This document shows positions 13,845-22,515 of a DNA stretch of 32,000 bases, piece after piece (within the stretch, counting starts at the first letter, position 1; each line of letters opens with the position of its first letter). A program made the translations under genes and the position numbers. Source of the stretch: Chlamydiales bacterium (GTDB taxonomy: Bacteria > Chlamydiota > Chlamydiia > Chlamydiales > SM23-39); assembly GCA_965261025.1 (NCBI GenBank), contig OZ253438.1:360001-392000 (forward strand). Reading direction: 5' to 3'. The notes beneath the pieces are model-generated. The model ran no database searches and was not told the origin of the DNA. It was given only the letters and a program-made list of their open reading frames with translations.

Positions 13845-15109
13845 ATCTCAAAAAATTTACTAAGAGCAAGCGTTGGCAGCTCCTGGGAGATCTTTCGCCA
13901 AAGAGCACTTAGAATAATATTTATACTTTTTTCTGAAGCAAACTCTTGGCTTTTTCTCAACAAAAGAAAACCGGTATCTGCTATCTGATCTTTTTTTTGT
14001 ATGCCAATTACTACAAAACGGTCAGAACCTTCTTCCGAACCCTGAAGAGAATTAAAATCTTGTGAAACAACAACTGCATAAGTTGCTCCGGAAAGACTAA
14101 GAAGTTTTTCCAAGAGTTTTTCTACCTCTTTCTTTATTGAGCTTTTTTCAGAAGAATTTTTAGTACTAGGGAGAGAAAAAATATTTCTGCTCATGAAATC
14201 TGAACTAGCTACGAAAGATCCAAGGAAGTAGGAGCTAGCATTAGACTGCTTTAGAAATTTCTGGGCTAGGATTCCTTTCGAATAAGACTCAGATAAGATG
14301 AGGGTTTCTTTTCTTTTTAGGAGAATTTTATGTATAGCCTCTTCAATTAACCCTGATTCGGAAGGGTAGATATAATTTTTAAACTTTTGAGTAAGGGTAT
14401 TTTCTAAAGCCTTTAATTTTTCCAAACTATTTTTTGTTTGAGCACCCATACTAACGCGGACTAGACCTGAAAAAGGATAGATACCTAGAACGAGATTTTC
14501 AGATTGCCATTGCCTCAAAAAAGGATCTATATCCATTTCTTGCAGAAGGCAGAAATTAAGATATTTAAAAGAAGTTTTTTTTGTTACGGGAAACTTTTGT
14601 TTTAACCAAGGCAAGACCTGCTTTAACATTTCCTGCATTTCTATAGGAACACCTGGAAGCATAATCAGTACCTTTTTTTCTTTTTCAAAGATTAACCCCG
14701 GAGCACTACCTATTTTATTTATGAAAAAAGAAGATCCTTTCGGTGTTTTGGCTAGTTCCTTCCTGATTTGAGGATCTATGTTAAATCGAACTTTTAGATT
14801 TTTTTCGATGACTGGATTTACAACTAATTCTTGATTAAAAACTCTTGATACAACCTGCTTACTCAAATCATCCAATGTAGGGCCTAAGCCCCCAGTTGTA
14901 ATAACAATATCTGATCTTTGAAGAGATTTAGCTATTTCTTGCTCCAGTAAAATGGGGGAATCTGGCAGGGTTACCTGTATAGAGGTTGGGTACCCTTCTT
15001 CTAGCAAAGCCTTACTGATGTAGGTGGTATTTGTGTTAATAGTTTGCCCTCGAAGCAATTCATCACCAATAGAGATATTTTCAATCCACATGTTCCTAAA
15101 TGACCTCAC
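13841..15109 (-). CDS. cinA: CinA-family competence/damage-inducible protein (MoCF-like domain plus PncC-like domain)
   Basis: 422 aa. N-terminal IGDELLRGQTINTNTTYISKALLEEG...ITTGGLGPTLDDLSKQ is typical of CinA. The C-terminal domain resembles the nicotinamide-nucleotide amidase domain, but ESYSKGILA replaces the usual ESCTGG. The start could be Met7 (MWIENISIG). Confidence 0.88.
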   Translation of the reverse strand: MRSFRNMWIENISIGDELLRGQTINTNTTYISKALLEEGYPTSIQVTLPDSPILLEQEIAKSLQRSDIVITTGGLGPTLDDLSKQVVSRVFNQELVVNPVIEKNLKVRFNIDPQIRKELAKTPKGSSFFINKIGSAPGLIFEKEKKVLIMLPGVPIEMQEMLKQVLPWLKQKFPVTKKTSFKYLNFCLLQEMDIDPFLRQWQSENLVLGIYPFSGLVRVSMGAQTKNSLEKLKALENTLTQKFKNYIYPSESGLIEEAIHKILLKRKETLILSESYSKGILAQKFLKQSNASSYFLGSFVASSDFMSRNIFSLPSTKNSSEKSSIKKEVEKLLEKLLSLSGATYAVVVSQDFNSLQGSEEGSDRFVVIGIQKKDQIADTGFLLLRKSQEFASEKSINIILSALWRKISQELPTLALSKFFEI

Positions 15110-15413
15110 TTGAATTAAAGTAGGGATAAAGTATCATTCAAATTTTTATTAATGTCAAAAAACCCACAAATTTTCTACGGAAGCTGTCTGAAAGCATTAG
15201 AATCACAGTTAAGTAAAGGTTCAGATTAGGTAGAAATTGTGAGAAGTTTCATCAAAACTATTTTTCCTCACCTATAAGTTTTGCCTTTGAGAAGAGATTA
15301 GATAATCAGGATTTACCCGTAACTTTCCTATCTTTTCAATTTTTTAGTATCATTAAAAAATATTTTTAATATATGTTGGAGTCTTCGTTTTTTTGAGAAA
15401 GAGGAGGTAGATT

Positions 15414-17042
15414 GTGAAGAAAAAAGTAGCTCTAGTGAGAGCTCCTACGGTTTCTTCTTACGCTGACTATGATGTCAGGGAAGAGCCGATGTTAACAGGG
15501 CTTTTAGGTTATTTTGATTCTATAGGACTTAATTCTTCAGAGTATGATATTTATGATTTTCACCTTGATAGATCGATCAAACATACTAACTTACTCGAAA
15601 ATGAGTATGAATTTTATGTTTTTTTTGTAAGGGATGTGGGTGATTCTTATCACTATTCTTTTAGGCTGATTAATTTTCTTCTGTATAGTGAGAATGTTTC
15701 CTCTAAGATCGTAATGTACGGACAAGTGGCTCCTCTTAGACATTATACCAATATAGATCTTAACAGGGTTACTATCGTAAATCAGAGTGAGCAAGCATTG
15801 GCAAGTGTTTTGGGTGTCAGTACATTGGGAAGTCATTTTGAGAAGGATCTGAGGTCCAGGTCTTACTTTTCTAATTTAAGCTTAGAAGACTGGCAGTTAA
15901 AAAAGAAAAAAGGAGTAGTGGAATCTACTAGAGGATGTCCTTTTCGGTGTAATTTTTGTTTTATTAATGCTGGAGAAAACTACGAAAAACGTTGGGCTGC
16001 GAAGACAAATGACAGCATTTTGCATGACTTAAAGATGTACGTAGATCAGGGTATCCGGAAATTTACCTTTCTTGATTCAGAGTTTTTGGGAGGAGATAAA
16101 AATCACTTTTTAGAGAGAGAGCAGCTACTGAATAGAATCATTTCAGAGCTTCCCAAAATCAAGTATATGATCTGGTGTCGTGCTGATACAATGCTTCGTT
16201 TTAATCAATATGATCTTTTTAAGAGAAGTGGACTTAACAAAGTTCTTGTAGGAATTGAATCGTTCTATCAACCAGATTTGGATGCTTTTAGGAAAGGTAC
16301 GACATCGGATAAATTGATAAGAGGTATTCGAGAATTAATGGAAAGGGAGATCTATGGAACCTATACCTTCATTACTTTCAATCGAAATACAACCCTAGAA
16401 AGTTTAGAACATAACATCGGGGTTTGGGAGGAGTTGCATAATCACCCTAAGGCAAAATATTTAGGAGTACCCAATTTTGCTGTTGGATTTGAGATTGTTA
16501 GAGATTCCAAAACAAGTAAGAAATCGCTTCATAAACTAACAAATAGGACTTATATCAAACCCATTATTTGGCATAGAGGGCAGGAAAACTATCACGAGGT
16601 GTGTTTCCCAGTCGAGCTAGAGCCTTTAATGGAGATTTATCGACAGTTCCACTACGAGTGTAATACGAAGAGAAGTTATTTAAGTAGAATTAGAGAAACA
16701 GTGTCTCCTGAAGAGGTTGCTAGTATTGATTCTTGGTTTCTTGAGTATGGTAGAGAAACGGTTAAGATGATGAAGAAATATCTCAATCGTTACAAAGTAG
16801 GGAAATTAGGCTTTGATGACTTGAAAGAAGCTAGTAGGGAGCTGGCAGAGGATATCAGAAATTTTTACAAGATTCTCCCAGAAAATAGAAGATACATGGA
16901 AGCTTATGAAGAACACACGAAAAGTTTAGATTTTGAAAGTATAGCTGCTGTAGATCATGGCTGGGATCATATTATTCCCCCTATGAATTCTAAGTTTCAG
17001 TTTGAGCTAGAAAAAAAGAAATCTGCTGCAGTTGAGGTGTGA
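15414..17042 (+). CDS. radical SAM enzyme with about 170-aa N-terminal extension (class unknown)
   Basis: 542 aa. GTG start at 15414, 6 nt downstream of a strong GAGGAGG RBS (15401-15407). CX3CX2C cluster GCPFRCNFCF (Cys codons 15936-38, 15948-50, 15957-59). Only two further Cys lie in the C-terminal half, so there is no SPASM/twitch cluster. The length and N-terminal alpha/beta-looking domain recall B12-binding-type radical SAM enzymes, but no cobalamin motif could be verified. Confidence 0.88.
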   Translation: MKKKVALVRAPTVSSYADYDVREEPMLTGLLGYFDSIGLNSSEYDIYDFHLDRSIKHTNLLENEYEFYVFFVRDVGDSYHYSFRLINFLLYSENVSSKIVMYGQVAPLRHYTNIDLNRVTIVNQSEQALASVLGVSTLGSHFEKDLRSRSYFSNLSLEDWQLKKKKGVVESTRGCPFRCNFCFINAGENYEKRWAAKTNDSILHDLKMYVDQGIRKFTFLDSEFLGGDKNHFLEREQLLNRIISELPKIKYMIWCRADTMLRFNQYDLFKRSGLNKVLVGIESFYQPDLDAFRKGTTSDKLIRGIRELMEREIYGTYTFITFNRNTTLESLEHNIGVWEELHNHPKAKYLGVPNFAVGFEIVRDSKTSKKSLHKLTNRTYIKPIIWHRGQENYHEVCFPVELEPLMEIYRQFHYECNTKRSYLSRIRETVSPEEVASIDSWFLEYGRETVKMMKKYLNRYKVGKLGFDDLKEASRELAEDIRNFYKILPENRRYMEAYEEHTKSLDFESIAAVDHGWDHIIPPMNSKFQFELEKKKSAAVEV

Positions 17043-17821
17043 CTTGCATGAGTCAGGGAAACTTACTTTATAGTCAATTTGTTGAATCCTATGATGTTAT
17101 CAGTAGAGATAGGGATTTTTCAAAAGAATGTAGCTTTTTCATTGAGACAGCAGGTCTGATCCCTTCAAAGGGTAGGATTTTAGAGCTTTTTGCAGGGCCT
17201 GCTTATCATAGCAGTGAGTTTAAGAATCGTGGTTTTGGGGTTTGTTGTGTGGATAACTCAATTCCTATGAAGGAGCTGGCTGTTTCTAAGTACGGTATCT
17301 CGGAGTCAGAATATGTATTGGGTTCTTTGCCTGATACTCTTCCTACTTTAAAAGACTTTGCTCCTTTTAGTCTAATTTTGGCTTTGAGGTATTCAATGGG
17401 CTTGATTAACTGGACTTTCATGGAAGAAACTTTACGAGAATCTATGCTGTATTTGAATGTGGGGGGACTGATGGTGTTGGAGCTTCATAGATTTGATTTG
17501 TTAATGGGAAATCTAGAGGATTTAGCAATTCGAGAAAGAGAAAGTGGGAAAGAAGAAGAAGATGTTAGATGTTTATGGCCCAGTGGTCCTATAGAGTGGG
17601 ATTTGTTTGAGCTAAAGGCAAAGATGCCTATTACTTTAGAAAAAAGAAAAGAAAATGGCGAATTAAGCCGAATTAATACTACTTCTAATGAGTGGATCTA
17701 TTTGCATAGAGATTTTGAATTATTAGCACGAAAGTATAAAACTTTCGAGGTAGATCCTATTTCGTATTTAGATCAGCCTTTATTTCATCAATCAAAATTA
17801 TTAGTTTTAAGGAGAATTTAA
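17039..17821 (+). CDS. class I SAM-dependent methyltransferase
   Basis: 260 aa. Motif I-like ILELFAGPAYHS followed by VCCVDNSIPM (acidic post-I residue). GTG at 17039 overlaps the radical SAM stop (GTGTGA); an alternative ATG lies at 17048. The stop overlaps the next ATG (TAATG). Confidence 0.78.
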   Translation: MTCMSQGNLLYSQFVESYDVISRDRDFSKECSFFIETAGLIPSKGRILELFAGPAYHSSEFKNRGFGVCCVDNSIPMKELAVSKYGISESEYVLGSLPDTLPTLKDFAPFSLILALRYSMGLINWTFMEETLRESMLYLNVGGLMVLELHRFDLLMGNLEDLAIRERESGKEEEDVRCLWPSGPIEWDLFELKAKMPITLEKRKENGELSRINTTSNEWIYLHRDFELLARKYKTFEVDPISYLDQPLFHQSKLLVLRRI

Positions 17822-18861
17822 TGAATTATGAATATGAACGTCCTCTAAAAAAATCGGAGGTATTTGTTGCCCTTGTGAGGGAAACTTCTTTTCCTGTGTA
17901 CGAAAAATTGGGAGAGCTGATTCAAGAAGCTTCTGAAAAATATTCTTTTTCTTTTCGGTTTTTTGATTCTTTGGAAAGTTGTTTAAAAGGGTTTCCTGAA
18001 AAGGATTATGTCCTTTCTCATGTGATTGTTGTTACAGATCGAGATACCTTGAAAGAATCCTCTCAGTTTTATCTACCTCTTCTAAAGAAGTTTAAAAGCA
18101 TGAGCTTAGCTCCTATTTATTCTTCTTTGCAGAAATTTAATGAAGAAGGAAAAAATATTGAAACCCTGAAGAAGGCATTCCAGGGAAAAATAAACTTTTT
18201 AAGGCCGAATTCTACAGATAAAGAAGAGAAAATTTATGCCTCACTTCAAAAGATTATTGATAACTCTGTCTGTGATACGGTTCGTATAAAATATAGAGTT
18301 GAAAAAGTGGAGAGGGATATTTCTGCATTGACTCAGGATTTTTCTACTTTTTTTCGTTGTGCTTCCGAAATTTATGAGCGGCTGGCTCTTTATCACAGAG
18401 CTCCCTCTGATGGTTTTTTTGCTATTCGTGTTCCAGACGGTTTTTTAATTACAGCAACAAAAACAAATAAGATAAGCATAGATTGTCAGAGAATTTCTTT
18501 GGTTTATGGATATGACAAAGGGTCAAATCTCATTAAATATAGCGGTAAATACTTACCCTCTTCTGATGTTGTAGAGGCCTCTATTGTTTTTGCTAACTGT
18601 CCAGAGGTTCATAGTTTAATCCATTCTCATGCTAGTGATAGGTTTACAAGGAATCCGGAGTTTGCTCACAAAATTGCCGTTCCTCAGATGTCTTATGGCG
18701 AAGCAGAGTTAGGTTTTGCTTTAGCAAAAGAGGTGCCTAAGCATTTAGATGATTTTATTATTATGGAAGATCATGGAGAGTTATTTGCATTTAGAGAGTA
18801 TAGCGACTTATCAAAGCCTGCTAGGCTTGTTGAGTCTCTTTGTTCTGCTTCTTTAGTATAG
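17821..18861 (+). CDS. fusion protein: unknown N-terminal domain (about 170 aa) plus class II aldolase/adducin-fold domain
   Basis: 346 aa. The C-terminal half matches the class II aldolase pattern: FFAIRVPDGFLITATKTNK, YLPSSDVVEASIVF...VHSLIHSHAS (PSSE...HxH metal ligands) and IIMEDHGELFAF (third His). The N-terminal half (VFVALVRE...HVIVVTDRD) was not recognised. Confidence 0.72.
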   Translation: MNYEYERPLKKSEVFVALVRETSFPVYEKLGELIQEASEKYSFSFRFFDSLESCLKGFPEKDYVLSHVIVVTDRDTLKESSQFYLPLLKKFKSMSLAPIYSSLQKFNEEGKNIETLKKAFQGKINFLRPNSTDKEEKIYASLQKIIDNSVCDTVRIKYRVEKVERDISALTQDFSTFFRCASEIYERLALYHRAPSDGFFAIRVPDGFLITATKTNKISIDCQRISLVYGYDKGSNLIKYSGKYLPSSDVVEASIVFANCPEVHSLIHSHASDRFTRNPEFAHKIAVPQMSYGEAELGFALAKEVPKHLDDFIIMEDHGELFAFREYSDLSKPARLVESLCSASLV

Positions 18862-18894
18862 AGGGTTTTTGCAGCTTAAGAGGAATGAGTCCTG

Positions 18895-19809
18895 ATGTTT
18901 CTTTTACTTTTTGGGTTCTTCCTCTTAGCTTCGAGCTATACGGCGAATAAATTTTTGCTTGATTTTATGCCCGTGTTAGTACTCACCTCTCTCAAGCTTT
19001 GCCTTTCTGGCTGTTGTTTTTTAACACTTCTAGTTTGTAAAAGAAAGATTAGGGGATTAATAAGTAGAATAAGAGAAGATCTTTGGCTTATCTTATTTAT
19101 TTGTGTAGTGACTACAGCCATACCTTATTTTTTAAAGATGCTTTCACTGAAGAATTTAAGTTCTTCTCAGTCTATGCTTATAGGAGGGTTAGATCCTTTT
19201 ATTACGGCTGTTTTTACCTTTTTCTTATTTAACGAAAAACCTTCTATTCATAGATTAAGTGGGATATTTTTAGGCTTGCTCTCTTTAATTATCCTTTTTT
19301 ACTATGATAGTAGCTTATATTCTCATGGAGTAGGATCCAATTATTTTATAGCCTTTTTACAAGGTTTATTGTCTGTTATTATTGGAAGGTATGGGTGGAT
19401 TCGAACACAAAGACTACTTTTAAAAGACCGTTATACTATCTCTGAGATGAATTGTGTTATCCTATTGGGTGGAGGAGGGATTTCGCTTTTAACTTCTTCT
19501 CTTTTTTCTTCAGAACAGTGGATTATTTCCGAGAATCTCAGTATGGGAGTCTTTTTGATTTTGTTGTACAGTGCTATTATCGGAAATGTAATAGCCTATT
19601 ATATCTATTCTTATTCGCTAAAAAAATTTTCTATAGCAACTATCTCTTACTCCGGATTAGTTATTCCTTTTTCTGGGCATTTTTTGGGATGGTTTTTTTT
19701 AGGAGAATCCCTTTCAAAAACTTTTTTTTTAGCAATTATTCTCATTCTTTTCGGTTATAGACTGTACTTTTATCAAAGAAAAAAAGAGGTTATTTCTTAC
19801 AACAACTAG
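18895..19809 (+). CDS. DMT-superfamily (EamA-like) permease, about 10 TM segments
   Basis: 304 aa and hydrophobic throughout. Two-fold internal organisation of 5+5 predicted TM helices and a size typical of EamA/RhaT-type drug/metabolite transporters. It starts 33 bp after the aldolase-like gene. Substrate unknown. Confidence 0.78.
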   Translation: MFLLLFGFFLLASSYTANKFLLDFMPVLVLTSLKLCLSGCCFLTLLVCKRKIRGLISRIREDLWLILFICVVTTAIPYFLKMLSLKNLSSSQSMLIGGLDPFITAVFTFFLFNEKPSIHRLSGIFLGLLSLIILFYYDSSLYSHGVGSNYFIAFLQGLLSVIIGRYGWIRTQRLLLKDRYTISEMNCVILLGGGGISLLTSSLFSSEQWIISENLSMGVFLILLYSAIIGNVIAYYIYSYSLKKFSIATISYSGLVIPFSGHFLGWFFLGESLSKTFFLAIILILFGYRLYFYQRKKEVISYNN

Positions 19810-19899
19810 CTTTTTTTGATTATAACCGCCATTTCTATGAAGTTCTTTTAAGTTTGCACAGAAATCTCAAAAGGAAACGGATCTATGTTCTTCTGAGAC

Positions 19900-19908
19900 T
19901 GTTATAAT
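19900..19908 (+). promoter_or_regulatory. candidate extended -10 promoter element (TGTTATAAT)
   Basis: An exact TGnTATAAT match read at 19900-19908, in the 252-bp gap between the permease gene and the SDR-like gene and about 155 bp upstream of ATG 20062. There is no convincing -35. In AT-rich DNA, chance matches are common. Confidence 0.3.
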
Positions 19909-20061
19909 TTTCTCTAAGAATAATCCTCCAAAATTACAATGAGAAAGTACTAAAATTTTCCCTGGAGAGTTCGTAGAAACCTTGTAAGGCTTCAATTAGA
20001 GCTTGCTTTTTAGTTTAGAAAGTAGAGAATATTTTGAGTTTAATTCAAATCTGGGGGATAT

Positions 20062-20769
20062 ATGGCAGGAGTTGCTTCAAATGCTGTTCTTATTACTGGA
20101 ATTAGAACTAATTTAGGGGTTAATTTATCGGGGCTCTTTCCTCATAACTCTGTTATAGGAACCGCTTCAACAGAGGAAAAAGTTAGGGATTTTAGTGGCA
20201 GGAAGTTGAGAGAAAATATGAGGGTTTTTCCTTTAGACTTTTCCTTGCTTTCACCACAAGATTTTAGAAACCAGTTTAATCTGGGACAGATACCTCCAAA
20301 ATCTTTGAAATATGTTATCCATATTGCTTCTCCCTATGACAGCTCAAAAATAGCTAATGTTTCAGAAGTTACGGCTCAATTTTATACTTCATTCATCCAG
20401 AATAATGTCCTTTTTTTTCAGAGCCTAAAGAATTGTCTTGCAGAGGATGCTCGTGTTATTTCAGTAGGATCTATTGCTGGTGTTCCCGGGAACATGAATG
20501 GAGATAAAACGATGTATAGTTTTTATAAGGCGACTTTATATCCCTTAACAGAAGCTCTTAATAAAGAAGCTTCTGGAGGAGCACTTTTTTCAGTTCTTAC
20601 TTTGGGTAATATGCGAGCGGAAGAATCTAATAGTGGAGCTTTTCTTTCAGACAAAAAAGTAGCAGAAAAGATCAAGCAGATTTTAGAAGGACAAGAATTT
20701 TCTCGAGATAATCTTCTTGTTGCACCAAATGATCCTTCTTATAAAGTCCCTCAAGACTCTAGTTTATAA
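20062..20769 (+). CDS. short-chain dehydrogenase/reductase (SDR)-like protein
   Basis: 235 aa. GGGGGA RBS upstream of the ATG. N-terminal VLITGIRTNLGVNL (degenerate TGxxxGxG), ISVGSIAGVPG, and a YSFYK (YxxxK) catalytic motif. Divergent from canonical SDRs. Confidence 0.68.
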   Translation: MAGVASNAVLITGIRTNLGVNLSGLFPHNSVIGTASTEEKVRDFSGRKLRENMRVFPLDFSLLSPQDFRNQFNLGQIPPKSLKYVIHIASPYDSSKIANVSEVTAQFYTSFIQNNVLFFQSLKNCLAEDARVISVGSIAGVPGNMNGDKTMYSFYKATLYPLTEALNKEASGGALFSVLTLGNMRAEESNSGAFLSDKKVAEKIKQILEGQEFSRDNLLVAPNDPSYKVPQDSSL

Positions 20770-20781
20770 AGGTTTGTAATA

Positions 20782-22098
20782 TTGAGCAGTGATTTTGTTA
20801 TTCATCGTTCAGGGGATGGCTATTTTTCTTCCTCTTGCCGAAATACCTTGAAGGCGGGGGCTTCTGCTCTTTCTTTTTTTTCCGTAATTCCTTATGCTCC
20901 CATTGCATCAGAGTTTCCTTCGGAAAAGATCCCTTTTCTAGGCAATCTGTTTGCTGGTGGTGAAATAGTTGCTTGGAGCGTTTTCTATTCTAACTCTGCT
21001 TTTGAGATTATCTACCAGATAGATCAGGATTTCGGTCATAGAGTTGAGAATTTAGAAGAAAAAAAAGGAAAAGCTTACTGGATTTCAATAATAGCCTACG
21101 GAATCCTTTCTCAGTTTCCAGGGGGTTATGTTATTTACCATTACAATGGTAGTCTCTTCTACACTATTATCTCCCCTTTAGTTTACTCTTTTTTTTCTAT
21201 TCATTCTCTTCATGGATTTTTTTCTAGTACGGAGATTTCTTGTAATCTTCGTAGAAGACCTAGTGGATATCTGTTTACTAATGATCCGGTAAGTTTAAGA
21301 AGAAGACTACGTTTTTCCCTCGATTGTTGCAGATTTATTCTCTTGAATGGAAAAGGAGAACAGTCTGCTGAGTTAAGGAGACAAATTGAGCAGGTTTTAA
21401 TGAAACCTACGATTGATGTTCAAGATCTTCGGTTCCTGAAGGATAAAGGATTGGCTATAGCTCCTATTATGGAGGAGTCTTTAAAAAGAAAAGTGGAATT
21501 GGTTAGAAAGTATGTAGGAGGCTCTCTTGGATTTGTTATCTCTTTATTTAAGCCTGGGCTAGAAGGGTACCTTACTTATAAAGGGCTTTCTTTGGAAGTA
21601 GAAGAATACCTCAGTGTCTTTTTAGCGGTTTTAGCAACTACACCCATGGTTTACTTGGCAGTTTATCTAAATCGAAAGATGTTCGACCAATATTTGCTTC
21701 TGTGTCTCAGAAATTCTACAAGAACTATTTCTACGGACTTTCGGGGCAGCGGTTTTCCTACACTGAGAAAAATAGCCATGCGCATTTCTCCTTTTGTTTG
21801 TTTTTTTGGGATGGGTTCAACCTTTACCGTTTTACGGAATGAATATGGTTTTTCTTCCTTTTTACGTGGAATGCTTTCTGCATTAACTCCTGTAAGCATT
21901 TATTCTGTTTTGCTTAAGTCAATGCACAGGGCTATTAATACATCCTTGGATAGACTTTCCGTGGAAAGGATTTCTCCAGAAGAGGCTAGACTGTATTTGA
22001 GTCTAGAAACATTAGAAAATCTCGAAAGGAGAATAAGCTATCTTCCAGATCGAATAATATATCAAATTTTTTCTGAAGATGAGTTAGAGCTGGAGTGA
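20782..22098 (+). CDS. hypothetical polytopic membrane protein (4 TM + soluble linker + 4 TM)
   Basis: 438-aa ORF with a TTG start at 20782, 12 bp after the SDR stop; there is no in-frame ATG for about 200 codons. Hydrophobic clusters lie at roughly aa 25-150 and 255-390, with a charged region between them. No family recognised. Confidence 0.65.
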   Translation: MSSDFVIHRSGDGYFSSSCRNTLKAGASALSFFSVIPYAPIASEFPSEKIPFLGNLFAGGEIVAWSVFYSNSAFEIIYQIDQDFGHRVENLEEKKGKAYWISIIAYGILSQFPGGYVIYHYNGSLFYTIISPLVYSFFSIHSLHGFFSSTEISCNLRRRPSGYLFTNDPVSLRRRLRFSLDCCRFILLNGKGEQSAELRRQIEQVLMKPTIDVQDLRFLKDKGLAIAPIMEESLKRKVELVRKYVGGSLGFVISLFKPGLEGYLTYKGLSLEVEEYLSVFLAVLATTPMVYLAVYLNRKMFDQYLLLCLRNSTRTISTDFRGSGFPTLRKIAMRISPFVCFFGMGSTFTVLRNEYGFSSFLRGMLSALTPVSIYSVLLKSMHRAINTSLDRLSVERISPEEARLYLSLETLENLERRISYLPDRIIYQIFSEDELELE

Positions 22099-22469
22099 GG
22101 TAGAGAGAAAAAGAAGAATCTACAGTTGTTTTTGGTACGGAATTTACTAGCGTGGTTATCCTAGCTAAATTTCACCTCTATTTTCAGAAAACCAAGGTAT
22201 TTTTATTCCAGGATTTATACTTTTTTATATCCTTTTAAAGAAATTAATTTACTAATTAAGAAATGTTTTTCTTTAAATATGAATTTCATATCTTCTTTTT
22301 GAGTCACTTTAAATTCAATTCTGAAGAAACTAGAATTTATTCTTAAAACTAAAATTGAAAACCACTCTTATTTGAGCAAGACCATTTATTAAAAAGAGAT
22401 ACATTCGATAGCCCCTCGGGGGGGGGTAGGTTTTACCCATAAACTTTCCCTGCTCTTTCCAAGAAAAAC

Positions 22470-22498
22470 TTGCACTTTGTCTTAACTCAATATATATT
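22470..22498 (+). promoter_or_regulatory. candidate sigma-70/66-type promoter for the DUF721-gyrB-gyrA operon
   Basis: TTGCAC (22470-75), a 17-nt spacer, then TATATT (22493-98). The predicted transcription start would leave a very short leader before the GAGGTG RBS and ATG 22516, which weakens the call. Confidence 0.35.
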
Positions 22499-22515
22499 TT
22501 GGACGAGGTGTCCAC

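Noticed and set aside
15152-15229. A 25-codon ORF (MSKNPQIFYGSCLKALESQLSKGSD) in the spacer upstream of the radical SAM gene, considered as a RiPP precursor peptide.
   Set aside because: There is no recognisable RBS. The radical SAM protein lacks a SPASM/twitch cysteine cluster and an obvious RiPP-recognition element. Short ORFs arise easily by chance in AT-rich spacers. It is worth a tblastn conservation check but is not supportable from sequence alone.
19397-19406. ggattcgaac, which resembles a tRNA T-loop (GGTTCGAAT).
   Set aside because: It lies inside the permease coding frame with no flanking acceptor or anticodon stem complementarity. No tRNA-like cloverleaf was found in any intergenic spacer (725-928, 9062-9225, 15110-15413, 19810-20061, 22099-22515, 29396-29491).
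19452-19760. A 102-aa + strand ORF in another frame of the permease gene (also 18936..19121 -).
   Set aside because: The overlapping 304-aa frame gives a coherent 10-TM permease. The alternative frame is Phe/Arg-rich nonsense typical of frame shadows.
22330-22515. A 61-aa minus-strand ORF in the spacer upstream of the DUF721 gene, containing PPP from the G9 tract.
   Set aside because: It has no RBS and sits on the candidate promoter of the gyrase operon. It is most likely non-coding.
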